From assembly GCA_038205935.1 (NCBI GenBank), contig JBBRBK010000027.1, positions 1-24,402 of the forward strand: a stretch of DNA of 24,402 nt. The letters are read 5' to 3'. The position numbers and the translations under genes were made by a program. Every line of letters starts with the position of its first letter. Within the stretch, counting starts at the first letter, position 1. The notes beneath the pieces were generated by a model. It had not been told where the DNA came from, did no database searches, and was given only the letters and a program-made list of their open reading frames with translations. Source of the stretch: Campylobacterales bacterium. Lineage in GTDB: Bacteria > Campylobacterota > Campylobacteria > Campylobacterales > Sulfurimonadaceae. This document shows, piece by piece, positions 1 through 11,341 of the stretch.

Positions 1-68
1 AATATTTAAGCTTAAATTTATTTTTTTGTATATTTTAGTAACATCCTCGAAGCTAACTTCTGATTTGG

Positions 69-863
69 CTATTGCTTCGAGCCACATTTACCCGTACCAC
101 ATTTACCTGCAGCACATTTCATGGCTGGGCCACACTTCATCTGAGTCGGCTCAACCTTTTGTACCTCTTTATTTGTGTTAACCCAATAATCAAATTGAAG
201 ATATGCTTTATAAATTGTCCAAATTCCAAAAATAATCACTGTCAATGCTGCAAGTTGAATCATTAGTGCTCGAAATTTTTGTCCAGAAAATAAGCTGACA
301 ACGAAAGCGAAAGTAAAAAGTGTCGGTATAGTAAAGATTCCAAAAATAAACATGACAAGTGCACCATAAAATGCTGAAGATGTTGTTGCGGCTGTAACTA
401 ACATAGTATAAACCAAACCACAAGGGAAAAGACCATTGAGCATACCTAGGACAAAAAAACTGCTTTTGTTGCCAGAATTCATCTGATACATAAACATTTT
501 TTTAAACCAACTGTAGTTGCTAATAGGTATTTCAATCGAATTAAGAAATTTAAGTTTTCCTGCAAAAGAAAGTCCCATAACAACCATTAAAATACCAGCT
601 AATGAAAACATTATCGATCTGACAAGTGGATTTATTTCCCAAAGTGATCCAAAATACCCAAAAAGAGCACCCAATATAGTGTATGTTGTGACGCGACCAA
701 GATTATATGAAAGATGATAGAGAGATTGCACAAATTTTGAATCCGTAGGTTTTACTTTCGCCATTGTGTAAGTCATAATAAAGCCGCCGCACATGCCTAT
801 ACAATGCCCAATAGAGCCTAAAAATGCAAAACTGATAATAGCTGTTAATTCTATAGCATTCAT
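69..863 (-). CDS. DsbD_2 / TauE-SafE-like membrane protein (cytochrome c biogenesis or heavy-metal associated) with a Cys-repeat C-terminal tail
   Basis: Multiple hydrophobic segments; motifs GHCIGMCGG and GMLNGLFPCGLVY are typical of this family; tail MKCGPAMKCAAGKCGTGKCG. Confidence 0.8.
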   Translation of the reverse strand: MNAIELTAIISFAFLGSIGHCIGMCGGFIMTYTMAKVKPTDSKFVQSLYHLSYNLGRVTTYTILGALFGYFGSLWEINPLVRSIMFSLAGILMVVMGLSFAGKLKFLNSIEIPISNYSWFKKMFMYQMNSGNKSSFFVLGMLNGLFPCGLVYTMLVTAATTSSAFYGALVMFIFGIFTIPTLFTFAFVVSLFSGQKFRALMIQLAALTVIIFGIWTIYKAYLQFDYWVNTNKEVQKVEPTQMKCGPAMKCAAGKCGTGKCGSKQ

Positions 864-920
864 GAAATTCTCTTTTTTGGATAATTATAATAAGAAAGTG
901 TTAATTTTGTGTTAAGTGGA

Positions 921-944
921 TAGATAAGAGAAAGCTCTTATCTA
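921..944 (-). terminator. Hairpin at the carA stop (possible terminator)
   Basis: TAGATAAGAG-AAAG-CTCTTATCTA, a perfect 10-bp stem overlapping the carA stop; weak U tract. Confidence 0.5.
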
Positions 945-2074
945 TTAGATTTTAGAAGTGAAAGAAACTCACCAAAGATATATCTGCTTTCTTTTGGTCC
1001 TGGACTTGATTCAGGGTGATGTTGCACCGAAAATACAGGCTCATCTCTATAATAAAGACCTTCAATAGTATCATCAAATAGATTCACATGTGTTACTTCT
1101 GCTATCTCTACGATACTTTCTGGAACATTATAGTTATGATTTTGTGCTGTTATCTCTACTACACCTGTTTTTTCATTTTTAACAGGATGATTTCCACCAT
1201 GGTGACCAAATTTCAGTTTAAATGTATCATACCCGTGAGAGATAGAAAGCAACTGATGCCCAAGACAGATTCCAAATATAGGTATTTTTGCGGCAAGAAG
1301 TTTTTTAATCTGTTCTTGCTCATATTTTAAAACAAGAGGATCTCCCGGACCATTTGATAAAAACACACCATCGATCTCTTTATTTTGATATCGACTAACA
1401 AGTTCATCGCCAGTTGTAGTATTAGGTACTACTTCTACTTGCATTCCAGCTTCAGTGAGTTCATTTAAGATATTTCTTTTTACACCAAAATCTATGGCTA
1501 CTATTTTAGCTTGAACGCTTGGTGCATCATTATATTTAAAATAAAATGGATCATAAATACCATTTTGATGTATGTAACTCTCTTTTGTGCTGACTTGTTC
1601 TATATAATTAATATCTTCAATACGCGGTGAGTTTTCAAGAATCTTTTTAAGTTCCTCTTTGTTGCTTACTTGCGTAGAAGCAACCATCATCATAGAACCT
1701 TGCTCTCTTATCATTTTTGTCAAATATCTTGTATCAATGTCACAGATACCAATAACATTATGCTTTTTCAAAAAATCCGAAAGAGATCCCTCAGCTCTGA
1801 AGTTTGAATAACGATCTTGATATTGACGTACAATCATCCCTTTTGCATGAGCAGCTTTACTTTCCATATCTTCATCATTAACTCCGACATTGCCTATCTC
1901 TGTCATGGTAAATGTTACAAATTGTCCTGCATATGAAGGGTCAGACATAATCTCCTGATATCCACTCATAGAAGTATTGAAAACTATTTCGCCAACACTT
2001 GTCGTATCTGCTCCAAAACTATTTGCCTCTAAAAAAGTCCCATTTTCAAGATATAACCAAGCTTTTTGCATCAT
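938..2074 (-). CDS. carA: Carbamoyl-phosphate synthase small subunit
   Basis: GEIVFNTSMSGYQE, SNGPGDP, FGICLGHQ (catalytic Cys), QNHNY and QHHPE motifs. Confidence 0.98.
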   Translation of the reverse strand: MMQKAWLYLENGTFLEANSFGADTTSVGEIVFNTSMSGYQEIMSDPSYAGQFVTFTMTEIGNVGVNDEDMESKAAHAKGMIVRQYQDRYSNFRAEGSLSDFLKKHNVIGICDIDTRYLTKMIREQGSMMMVASTQVSNKEELKKILENSPRIEDINYIEQVSTKESYIHQNGIYDPFYFKYNDAPSVQAKIVAIDFGVKRNILNELTEAGMQVEVVPNTTTGDELVSRYQNKEIDGVFLSNGPGDPLVLKYEQEQIKKLLAAKIPIFGICLGHQLLSISHGYDTFKLKFGHHGGNHPVKNEKTGVVEITAQNHNYNVPESIVEIAEVTHVNLFDDTIEGLYYRDEPVFSVQHHPESSPGPKESRYIFGEFLSLLKSNR

Positions 2075-2622
2075 GCCATCCCTCTTCTTTGTATCTCTTC
2101 GTGAAAAAGTTTTTCATAAAGAATATCATAATCATCCGTACCCGGAAAAATATTACGTTTGTAAGAACCAATCTTTTCTCTCACTGCTTTGTCAATCTCA
2201 TCATTATCTGCGATGAACGAAGTGATAGAGTTATATATAATATTTTTTATACGATTTTCTGCTACATCAAAGTGAATGAGATCTTCTTCATAAAGCTCAT
2301 CTAAAATCTTATGAGATATATCTGAATAGCGCTCTTCATAATTAAGTATCACTCCGAATTCTGGAGCAAGTTTTTTCTTTATCATAAAAAATAGTTGGCG
2401 TTCATCGGCGAGATAAAACTCAATCTGATCTTCATTGTCATCAACAATATCATGTACTTTTTCTTCTAAAGCCATCTCTTGTTTAATGTTGGTTACTAAA
2501 ATTTTTTCTGCCTCATGTGCTACGTTTTCAAGACCTTTTGTCATAGTAACAAAACCACTTTTATTTAAATCGATCGCTATTTTATTTGATATATGTGGTA
2601 CAGTTTTTAGTGAAACTTTCAT
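2071..2622 (-). CDS. DUF507 family protein
   Basis: Acidic helical 183-aa protein; ATGA overlap with carA; this adjacency is recalled as conserved in Campylobacterota. Confidence 0.8.
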   Translation of the reverse strand: MKVSLKTVPHISNKIAIDLNKSGFVTMTKGLENVAHEAEKILVTNIKQEMALEEKVHDIVDDNEDQIEFYLADERQLFFMIKKKLAPEFGVILNYEERYSDISHKILDELYEEDLIHFDVAENRIKNIIYNSITSFIADNDEIDKAVREKIGSYKRNIFPGTDDYDILYEKLFHEEIQRRGMA

Positions 2623-2694
2623 ATTAAGCCCTGTTTAAAATTTTATTATTTTACAATAAATAAAGTAAAGATTTGATTATACGAGTCTCAGTCT

Positions 2695-3294
2695 CTAACT
2701 CTTTTTTCTTCTACAATAACGATTACCCTCTTTGACTGTCGGCATAAATCCATTCATAACTAGCAAGATCAAAGTACCAAGATATGGAATGAGCGTAAGC
2801 AGATAAAACCATCCTGACTTGTTATTATCGTGAAAACGCTTGATCGAAGTTACGATACTGATATATATCATTGGAAGCAATATAAACATAAAAATCGCCA
2901 CAGTGATGATGACATTTTCATCTGGAATCTCATTACTACCCGAATTTGACATGACCATATAAAGTCCAAATAACATCCATATTACAAAAGTTATAAGGGT
3001 TATCTTCCAAAATTGAGCTCTTGTATAACATCCCTTTGCAGAAAAAAGCTCTTTGAAACCATATTTTTGTTCTTCATAAAAAGGCAGGCCATCATCACAA
3101 AAATGAGTACTATTTTCAGTAATATAGATCTCTTTTGCATCATGGAGTTCTACATTAAACTCTGCGTACATCCCTTTTTGAATTTGAATAATACTTTTTA
3201 TGTCATTCTTTTTAAAGCTGTAACGATTCCCATCATTTGCGGAAATGATCCCCTCTTGTGTTGTACTGTCGTAATGTAGTATTTTGCCCTTCAT
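2695..3294 (-). CDS. DUF805 membrane protein with an N-terminal cold-shock/OB-like domain
   Basis: N-terminus MKGKILHYDSTTQEGIISANDGNRYSF is CSD-like; C-terminus has KGCYTRAQFW and KRFHDNNKSGW, the DUF805 signatures, plus about 3 TM segments. Confidence 0.8.
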   Translation of the reverse strand: MKGKILHYDSTTQEGIISANDGNRYSFKKNDIKSIIQIQKGMYAEFNVELHDAKEIYITENSTHFCDDGLPFYEEQKYGFKELFSAKGCYTRAQFWKITLITFVIWMLFGLYMVMSNSGSNEIPDENVIITVAIFMFILLPMIYISIVTSIKRFHDNNKSGWFYLLTLIPYLGTLILLVMNGFMPTVKEGNRYCRRKKS

Positions 3295-3296
3295 AC

Positions 3297-3812
3297 TTAT
3301 TCGCCTTTCACTTTGCTTAGTGATGTTGTTATTTTTGAAGCCTTCAGAGGCTCCATTTTAGATAAAATTTTACCAATGACACTTGGTTTTAAACCTGTTA
3401 AAATTTTTACTGCATCTGCCTCATCCATACCTGACAACACATCTGCTGCAGAATTTGGCTTCATTTTTGCATATGTTTGTGTTATTTTGTCCATTTTGAG
3501 ACTTTTTATTTGTGCAAGCAGTTTCTTATTTTCTTCAAGCATTGCTTTGACTGATTTTGCTTTTGCATCAGCATCTTTTGACTTTGTATTTACAGCAGTT
3601 TCTCTTGCATTTAAGTCATTCTGCTTTTTCTTTAAAAGATCTTCAGTTGCAATTTTTAGGGCGTCGAGAGCTTGTTTTTGTTCATCAATCCTCTCTAATT
3701 CGACTAAAAGTTCATTTTTTCTATTTTCAAAGATTTTTGTACACTCATACATCTTATTATCAGCGCTCGTAAGGTCCATAAAAATTAACATAAATAAAAA
3801 TATAACTTTCAT
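3297..3812 (-). CDS. MotE/PDP-family periplasmic coiled-coil protein (flagellar-associated, MgtE-N-like C-terminus)
   Basis: Signal peptide, coiled coil and the YAKMKPNSAADVL motif; directly follows the FliJ-like gene. Confidence 0.75.
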   Translation of the reverse strand: MKVIFLFMLIFMDLTSADNKMYECTKIFENRKNELLVELERIDEQKQALDALKIATEDLLKKKQNDLNARETAVNTKSKDADAKAKSVKAMLEENKKLLAQIKSLKMDKITQTYAKMKPNSAADVLSGMDEADAVKILTGLKPSVIGKILSKMEPLKASKITTSLSKVKGE

Positions 3813-4231
3813 TCATTTCCCTTTTTATTATGTGTCATGAGAGCTATCTCATCTAGATCTTTCGCTTCTTGAAGCGTGCGAAGTTTTACAATCTTTTTTA
3901 TCTCTTCAAAATCAAGATACTTAAACTTTTCATATTCAATATTTGATAACTTTAGCTTTCCAATAGCAAGAGTCACTTGTTCTTGTGCAAACCCAACCCA
4001 ATTTTTTTTATCTTCAACAATCTCTCTCTGGGTAGAAATAAAACTTCTAGCAGAGATCATTTCCTGTATTGTACCGCTTTGGGGTAACTCTAGGGTTGCA
4101 AGAAGTGAATATGCTTCCTGCAAAGAAGAGTTTGCATTGTGAAGCGTTTGATTTGCTTTTTGAAGCTCACGTTCACACCTGTCTAGTTCATTTTTTTTAA
4201 GTTTGAGAAGAGGTGTGTAACGAGTCTTCAT
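3809..4231 (-). CDS. fliJ: Flagellar export protein FliJ-like
   Basis: 140-aa coiled coil with C-terminal EYEKFKYL...EAKDLDEIA, typical of FliJ. Confidence 0.75.
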   Translation of the reverse strand: MKTRYTPLLKLKKNELDRCERELQKANQTLHNANSSLQEAYSLLATLELPQSGTIQEMISARSFISTQREIVEDKKNWVGFAQEQVTLAIGKLKLSNIEYEKFKYLDFEEIKKIVKLRTLQEAKDLDEIALMTHNKKGNE

Positions 4232-4232
4232 A

Positions 4233-6334
<2,102 letters not shown>

Positions 6335-6380
6335 TGGCACTCCGACATCATTAGTTTTGCATAAAGCGTTTGCTCAAATA

Positions 6381-7487
6381 TCATAATTGAAAAAACACTT
6401 CATTAAATATTCGATTTGCTGTGCCATCATATTTTCTGCGTCCAAGTTTATCAAGGGAAAGTTCCACGCTGTTTACTACCCAAGCCGCTTCATATGGAGC
6501 TATTAAACCCATTTGATTGATTCTAAAAATCTTGCCCGATAAGTGATCTTGACCGCCAGCGACATTGATATCAAAATCTTTTTGCAAAATTTTTCTGATC
6601 TCATTTGCATTTTCATCATCGATCGTCGTCATAGATTTTGCCGGATTTTTCGGATATACATGTAAGCCTAAAGCTTCGAGTGCTTTGATGTTTGCATCAG
6701 CGCGACGAGCTGTGTCTGAGTAGAGTTTCTCTAGTCCACCCTCATCTTTGATACGTTGAAGAACTGACTCTAGCCCAATAATTAAAGTTGTTGCCGCAGT
6801 CCAAGCTGTTGTATTTTTCTTTTGGTTTTTGATCTCAGTTGCAAGGTTAAAATAGTAACCTTTCCCACTTCCAATTTTTTCTATCGCAAGCGCACTTAAA
6901 CCAAGAATCGCAAGTCCCGGAGGAAGCATCAATGCCTTTTGACTTCCAGCTAAAAGACAGTCAATATTTGTCACATCAAGTGGTTCAACACCAACAGCAG
7001 TAATGCCATCGGCGATGACAATAATATCTTTGTTTATTGCCTTAACAGCTGCTGCAATCTCTTCAACACTGTGACGAAGTCCGCCAGCTGATTCACTTAT
7101 CTGAATCGCGATAGCATCGATAGAAGGGTTTGCTTTAAGTGCAGCTATAACCTCTTCTACAGTTGCAGGAGTATCCCAATCATTTTTGATACTGACATTT
7201 TTAAGTCCGTATGCAAGAGCAATCTTTCCAAAACGCTCACCAAACTTTCCAGAATCGATGTTGAGTAAAGTGTCTTTACAAAGATTTGTTACAGCAGCTT
7301 CCATCGCTCCCGTACCGCTAGATGAAAGCATAATAACCTCATCCATACCAAAAAGTTCAAATAAAAGTCCGCGAGTTCTCTCAAAAATAGCTTCAAATTC
7401 TGGAGTTCTGTGGTGAAGAGTCTCATCACTCATAGCGTTTCTGACACTTTGAGGAACTGGAGTAGGCCCTGGAGTAAAAAGTAACAT
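6381..7487 (-). CDS. Class V PLP-dependent aminotransferase (alanine-glyoxylate / serine-pyruvate family)
   Basis: LFTPGPTPVP, SSGTGAMEA and GSQKALMLPPGL (PLP lysine) motifs. Confidence 0.92.
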   Translation of the reverse strand: MLLFTPGPTPVPQSVRNAMSDETLHHRTPEFEAIFERTRGLLFELFGMDEVIMLSSSGTGAMEAAVTNLCKDTLLNIDSGKFGERFGKIALAYGLKNVSIKNDWDTPATVEEVIAALKANPSIDAIAIQISESAGGLRHSVEEIAAAVKAINKDIIVIADGITAVGVEPLDVTNIDCLLAGSQKALMLPPGLAILGLSALAIEKIGSGKGYYFNLATEIKNQKKNTTAWTAATTLIIGLESVLQRIKDEGGLEKLYSDTARRADANIKALEALGLHVYPKNPAKSMTTIDDENANEIRKILQKDFDINVAGGQDHLSGKIFRINQMGLIAPYEAAWVVNSVELSLDKLGRRKYDGTANRIFNEVFFQL

Positions 7488-7523
7488 TTGATGTCCTATG
7501 TTTAATAATTTAAAAAACCGTGT

Positions 7524-7529
7524 ATTATA
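7524..7529 (-). promoter_or_regulatory. Putative sigma70 -10 box for the aminotransferase-hisZ-purA operon
   Basis: TATAAT on the minus strand about 36 nt upstream of the ATG; AGGA RBS. Confidence 0.55.
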
Positions 7530-7608
7530 ACGAAAGAAGTATAAATCTTAAATTTAATAGCTTGCATGTAGGACGTTATTTTGAAGTTTTTGGCTTTATT
7601 TTCTGACT

Positions 7609-7645
7609 GAAAAGAAAAAGCTGTCAGCTTCTTGAGCCGACAGCT
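7609..7645 (-). terminator. Rho-independent terminator of luxS
   Basis: Minus strand AGCTGTCGGCT-CAAGA-AGCTGACAGCT (11-bp stem with one G-U pair) followed by TTTTCTTTT. Confidence 0.85.
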
Positions 7646-7698
7646 AGTAAGATAATTTTTAGCATTGCTAAAAACTAAGAGAGTGCAAATAAATATGA

Positions 7699-8214
7699 CT
7701 AATGTGCTACTTTTACCAAAGACTCATCAAGAGCTAATTCTTCATTACTCATCACACCGATTCCACGATCGAGAACCTGTTTTGAGATCGCTTTTGCTTC
7801 ATCTAAAGAGTGCATTTCATAAGTACCACACTGATAAATATTGAGCTCAGGAATCTCTTCTTGACTCTTTACATGTAAGACATCTTGCATACTTTTTTCC
7901 CAAGCAGCTGCCACAGTTTTTTCATCCGGAGTTCCAAAAAGACTCATATAAAAACCAGTGCGACAACCCATCGGCGAAATATCAATAATCTCTACATTTT
8001 CACTGTTTAAATGATCTCTCATAAATCCAGCAAAAAGATGTTCTAAAGTATGAATTCCGCGCGGAGGAATGTTATCTTCAGCATTTGGACGTGTAAAACG
8101 AAGGTCAAATACTGTCACATCGTCACCGCTTTTACTCTTCATAGATTTTGCAAAACGTACAGCAGGTGCACTCATTTTCGTATGATCAACTTTAAAACTG
8201 TCTAGTAATGGCAT
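7699..8214 (-). CDS. luxS: S-ribosylhomocysteine lyase (AI-2 synthase)
   Basis: [11 protein letters not shown] start, [15 protein letters not shown] and QCG motifs; GAGGA RBS before the ATG at 8214. The ORF-track N-terminal extension looks spurious. Confidence 0.98.
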   Translation of the reverse strand: MPLLDSFKVDHTKMSAPAVRFAKSMKSKSGDDVTVFDLRFTRPNAEDNIPPRGIHTLEHLFAGFMRDHLNSENVEIIDISPMGCRTGFYMSLFGTPDEKTVAAAWEKSMQDVLHVKSQEEIPELNIYQCGTYEMHSLDEAKAISKQVLDRGIGVMSNEELALDESLVKVAH

Positions 8215-8243
8215 AGATATTTCCTCAAATTTAATTTTGTAAA

Positions 8244-8283
8244 ATTGTAACAAACCAATACTTAACAACGATGATGGTAAAAT
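8244..8283. promoter_or_regulatory. Divergent extended -10 promoters for luxS and uppP
   Basis: TGTTACAAT on minus (8252-8244) and TGGTAAAAT on plus (8275-8283). Confidence 0.6.
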
Positions 8284-8313
8284 TTTACTTTTTAAAACAA
8301 AGGATAAACTCAA

Positions 8314-9084
8314 ATGACGATTTTCGACTCCATAATACTTGGCATAGTAGAGGGATTTACAGAATTTCTACCTGTTTCCTCCACAGGTCATATGATCGTA
8401 GCGAGCCAGTTTTTAGGCATTGGCCAGACAGATGTAACAAAAGCTTACGAAGTTATTATACAGTTTGCAGCTATTTTAGCAGTTGTCTTTAATTATAAAG
8501 ATAAATTCTCCATGCAACATATTTCCCTATGGGTCAAACTTTTCGTGGCATTTTTACCTATCGGGATCGTTGGATTTATATTTTCACACCAGATCAAAGA
8601 TATGTTCAATTTACAAATAGTTGCCATCATGTTTATCATAGGCGGTATCGTTTTTTTAATCGTCGAAAAAATCTTTATCAAAGATGACGCCCATATGATT
8701 CAAAATGTGGAAGATATAACGATGAAACAGTCACTCATCGTCGGGCTTGCTCAGGTTTTTGCGCTTATCCCAGGAACAAGCCGTGCGGGTTCTACTATCA
8801 TTGGGGCGTTACTTGTGGGATTGAGTAGAAAAGCAAGCGCAGAGTTTAGCTTTTTACTCGCTCTTCCTGTCATGAGTGCTGTCACCGCTTTTGATCTACT
8901 CAAACATTACAAAGAATTTAGTGATGCAAATTTGATGGTTCTAGCTGTGGGATTCGTGGTCGCATTTATCGTGGCATACGCAACTGTAAAACTATTTTTG
9001 AAGTTTTTGGATAACTTCACATTCGTAAGTTTTGGAATATATCGTATCCTCTTTGGTATCACTCTTTTAACGTTTTTTAACTAG
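8314..9084 (+). CDS. uppP: Undecaprenyl-diphosphatase (BacA)
   Basis: [28 protein letters not shown] and AEFSFLLA motifs. Confidence 0.97.
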   Translation: MTIFDSIILGIVEGFTEFLPVSSTGHMIVASQFLGIGQTDVTKAYEVIIQFAAILAVVFNYKDKFSMQHISLWVKLFVAFLPIGIVGFIFSHQIKDMFNLQIVAIMFIIGGIVFLIVEKIFIKDDAHMIQNVEDITMKQSLIVGLAQVFALIPGTSRAGSTIIGALLVGLSRKASAEFSFLLALPVMSAVTAFDLLKHYKEFSDANLMVLAVGFVVAFIVAYATVKLFLKFLDNFTFVSFGIYRILFGITLLTFFN

Positions 9085-9153
9085 TGGAATAGTTCTTGCT
9101 AGACCTTTTATATAAATCTCTCAAGTAAAGAGAGATAATTAAAAGGAGAGCAC

Positions 9154-9246
9154 ATGAAAACATGTACAGGCATCAGTTATAGAGTCACAAGCTTTTTACA
9201 ACATCTTGAAATCTCGTTATACCGTTTAAGTCAAAAAATCTTATAA
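9154..9246 (+). CDS. Putative 30-aa small protein MKTCTGISYRVTSFLQHLEISLYRLSQKIL
   Basis: AAAAGGAG RBS just upstream of ATG 9154; TAA at 9244-9246; fills the uppP-rdgB gap. Confidence 0.5.
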   Translation: MKTCTGISYRVTSFLQHLEISLYRLSQKIL

Positions 9247-9260
9247 AAAAGATTTGTTGA

Positions 9261-9860
9261 TTATATATGCTTTGAAATAGAATGAAGCACTGACTTTGTG
9301 TGTTTCAAAGCTTGCGAACGGTGAGAGAGAGATTTTTTTATCTCACTATCCATTTCTCCTAAAGTTGTATCAAACCCCTCAGGCACAAAAATTGGATCAT
9401 AACCAAACCCATTTTCCCCTCTTGGAGTTGTTATTACACTTCCATACATCCAACCATGAATGGTAAATTCCCCATTTTTTGTCACAATGGCAATAGACGC
9501 CGTGTAATGTGCTTTTGAACTCGTAAGCCCTTTTTCTTTGAGTGATTCGACTAACTTATTTAAATTATCTTTATCACCAGCGTCCACTCCCGCATATCTT
9601 GCACTGTAGATTCCAGGTTCTCCACCAAGTGCATCGACGCTGATACCGCTGTCATCTGCTATCACGATGAGATTTTCATCATTGAGTGCTTTATACACGG
9701 CTCTTGCTTTTATAAGTGCATTTTCTTTAAAAGTAAGACCATTCTCTTCTATCTCAAAAGGCTCTATCAAGTCACTATACGCGACAACATCCATATCATC
9801 ATAAATATACTTTATCTCTTTTACTTTACCCTTGTTAGATGTTGCTAGAACCAATTTCAT
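9261..9860 (-). CDS. rdgB: dITP/XTP pyrophosphatase (Ham1 family)
   Basis: LATSNKGKVKE, ENALIKAR, ADDSG, PGIYSAR, GFGYDPIF and SHR motifs. Confidence 0.96.
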   Translation of the reverse strand: MKLVLATSNKGKVKEIKYIYDDMDVVAYSDLIEPFEIEENGLTFKENALIKARAVYKALNDENLIVIADDSGISVDALGGEPGIYSARYAGVDAGDKDNLNKLVESLKEKGLTSSKAHYTASIAIVTKNGEFTIHGWMYGSVITTPRGENGFGYDPIFVPEGFDTTLGEMDSEIKKSLSHRSQALKHTKSVLHSISKHI

Positions 9861-9974
9861 GCGCTTCCCTTATTTTTATCTTTAAACTTTTTAACTTTAA
9901 AATCATTTACATTCTATAAACTATTTGTGGATTATAATTTGAAACTTCTTAATAGTTGATATAAAGGTTTATTG

Positions 9975-11291
9975 ATGTTCAAAAAAGTCCTTCCGCTCTC
10001 CGGAATTCTGTCCCTTCGCTTTTTGGGATTATTTTTAGTTCTTCCCGTTCTCTCTGTTTATGCTATGTCGCTTAAGGGCGCTACGCCTTTACTTGTCGGT
10101 ATTATCGTAGGTGGTTATGCTCTAACTCAAACCATTTTTCAAGTTCCTTTTGGCACTATGAGTGATAAAATTGGTCGTAAACCAACCATCTTTATCGGTC
10201 TTGTCATTTTCCTCATCGGTTCAGTTGTTTCAGCATTAAGTACAGATATCTATATGCTTATGATTGGTCGTTTTTTACAAGGAGCTGGTGCTATCGGTTC
10301 TGTTGTAACAGCTATGATCAGTGACCTCGTAGAAGAGGAAGTCCGCGGTAAAGCGATGGCTATGATGGGTGGAACTATTGCACTGAGCTTTGCTTTTGCT
10401 ATGGGAGTTGGACCTGTTGTAGGTGCTCATTATGGTGTTGATACTCTCTTTTGGATCACCGCTCTTTTATCGCTTGTTGCTATGATTGTACTTTTTACAA
10501 ATGTTCCTACACCTCCAAAGATAAAACATATTTATCACGCTTCTACAAAGACATCTGATATTTTAAAAGACTCAAATCTTTTCAATATGATCATTATCAA
10601 CGGTATGCAAAAAGGTCTTATGACGATGGCTTTTGTAATCATTCCTATCATTCTTACAAGTGATGTTTTCAAATGGCAGAAAGCTGACCTTTGGATGGCT
10701 TATGTTCCAGCGATGATTTTAGGCCTTATTGCTATGGGACCAGCAGCTGTCTTTGGTGAAAAATACAATAAACCTAAACAAATCTTTTTAATCTCTATAG
10801 TGCTTTTTATTGCGTCATTTTTACTCATGGGACTTGCTACTTCGAGTGTTCTTTTTGTTGTGGGTGTTGTGAGCTTTTTCATCGGATTTAATATGATGGA
10901 ACCACTTGTTCAGTCTATGATCTCAAAATTTGCAAAAGTACACCAAAAAGGTGCTGCACTTGGAATAGCAAACTCTTTCTCATACTTTATGACCTTTGTC
11001 GGCGGTACGGCTGCTGGGGTATTTTTAGACTTTTCAAATCGTGAAGTACTAGGCCTTAGTGCTGCAGGTATGGCATTTTTATGGCTTTTATGGACTTTCA
11101 AACTTCAAAATCCAATCAAGCATTCTCATCTTTACATCCCAGAAGATCATGTGGATATGCAAAAATTAAATGCCCTAGAGCATGAGCACATCGCAGAATG
11201 GTATATTAATGAAACAGAAAAAGTTGTTGTTATAAAATATGTCAGTGCAAGTATAGGTGAAGATGAGATAAAAGCGAAGATTTTAAAATAG
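9975..11291 (+). CDS. MFS transporter, YajR-like, with a soluble C-terminal extension
   Basis: About 12 TM segments; motif A GTMSDKIGRK and GRFLQGAGA; hydrophilic tail of about 60 aa reminiscent of the YajR YAM domain. Confidence 0.9.
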   Translation: MFKKVLPLSGILSLRFLGLFLVLPVLSVYAMSLKGATPLLVGIIVGGYALTQTIFQVPFGTMSDKIGRKPTIFIGLVIFLIGSVVSALSTDIYMLMIGRFLQGAGAIGSVVTAMISDLVEEEVRGKAMAMMGGTIALSFAFAMGVGPVVGAHYGVDTLFWITALLSLVAMIVLFTNVPTPPKIKHIYHASTKTSDILKDSNLFNMIIINGMQKGLMTMAFVIIPIILTSDVFKWQKADLWMAYVPAMILGLIAMGPAAVFGEKYNKPKQIFLISIVLFIASFLLMGLATSSVLFVVGVVSFFIGFNMMEPLVQSMISKFAKVHQKGAALGIANSFSYFMTFVGGTAAGVFLDFSNREVLGLSAAGMAFLWLLWTFKLQNPIKHSHLYIPEDHVDMQKLNALEHEHIAEWYINETEKVVVIKYVSASIGEDEIKAKILK

Positions 11292-11308
11292 CTTTTATCC
11301 TCTGTAGT

Positions 11309-11334
11309 TTTCTAAACGCAAAAGCGTTTAGAAA
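11309..11334. terminator. Hairpin between the convergent MFS and moeA genes (likely bidirectional terminator)
   Basis: TTTCTAAACGC-AAAA-GCGTTTAGAAA, a perfect 11-bp stem. Confidence 0.75.
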
Positions 11335-11341
11335 TAGAACT

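Noticed and set aside
3313..3840. 175-aa plus-strand ORF, and the many other 60-100 aa ORFs in the track
   Set aside because: Antisense or alternate-frame shadows of well-supported genes, with no recognisable motifs.
8215..8313. 33-aa N-terminal extension of LuxS in the ORF track
   Set aside because: The canonical MPLLDSF start with an RBS is at 8214; the extension covers the divergent promoters.
9113..9139. Possible sigma28 promoter (TAAA-N15-GAGATAAT) for the small ORF
   Set aside because: The -10 element lacks the CGAT core, so the match is too weak in AT-rich DNA.
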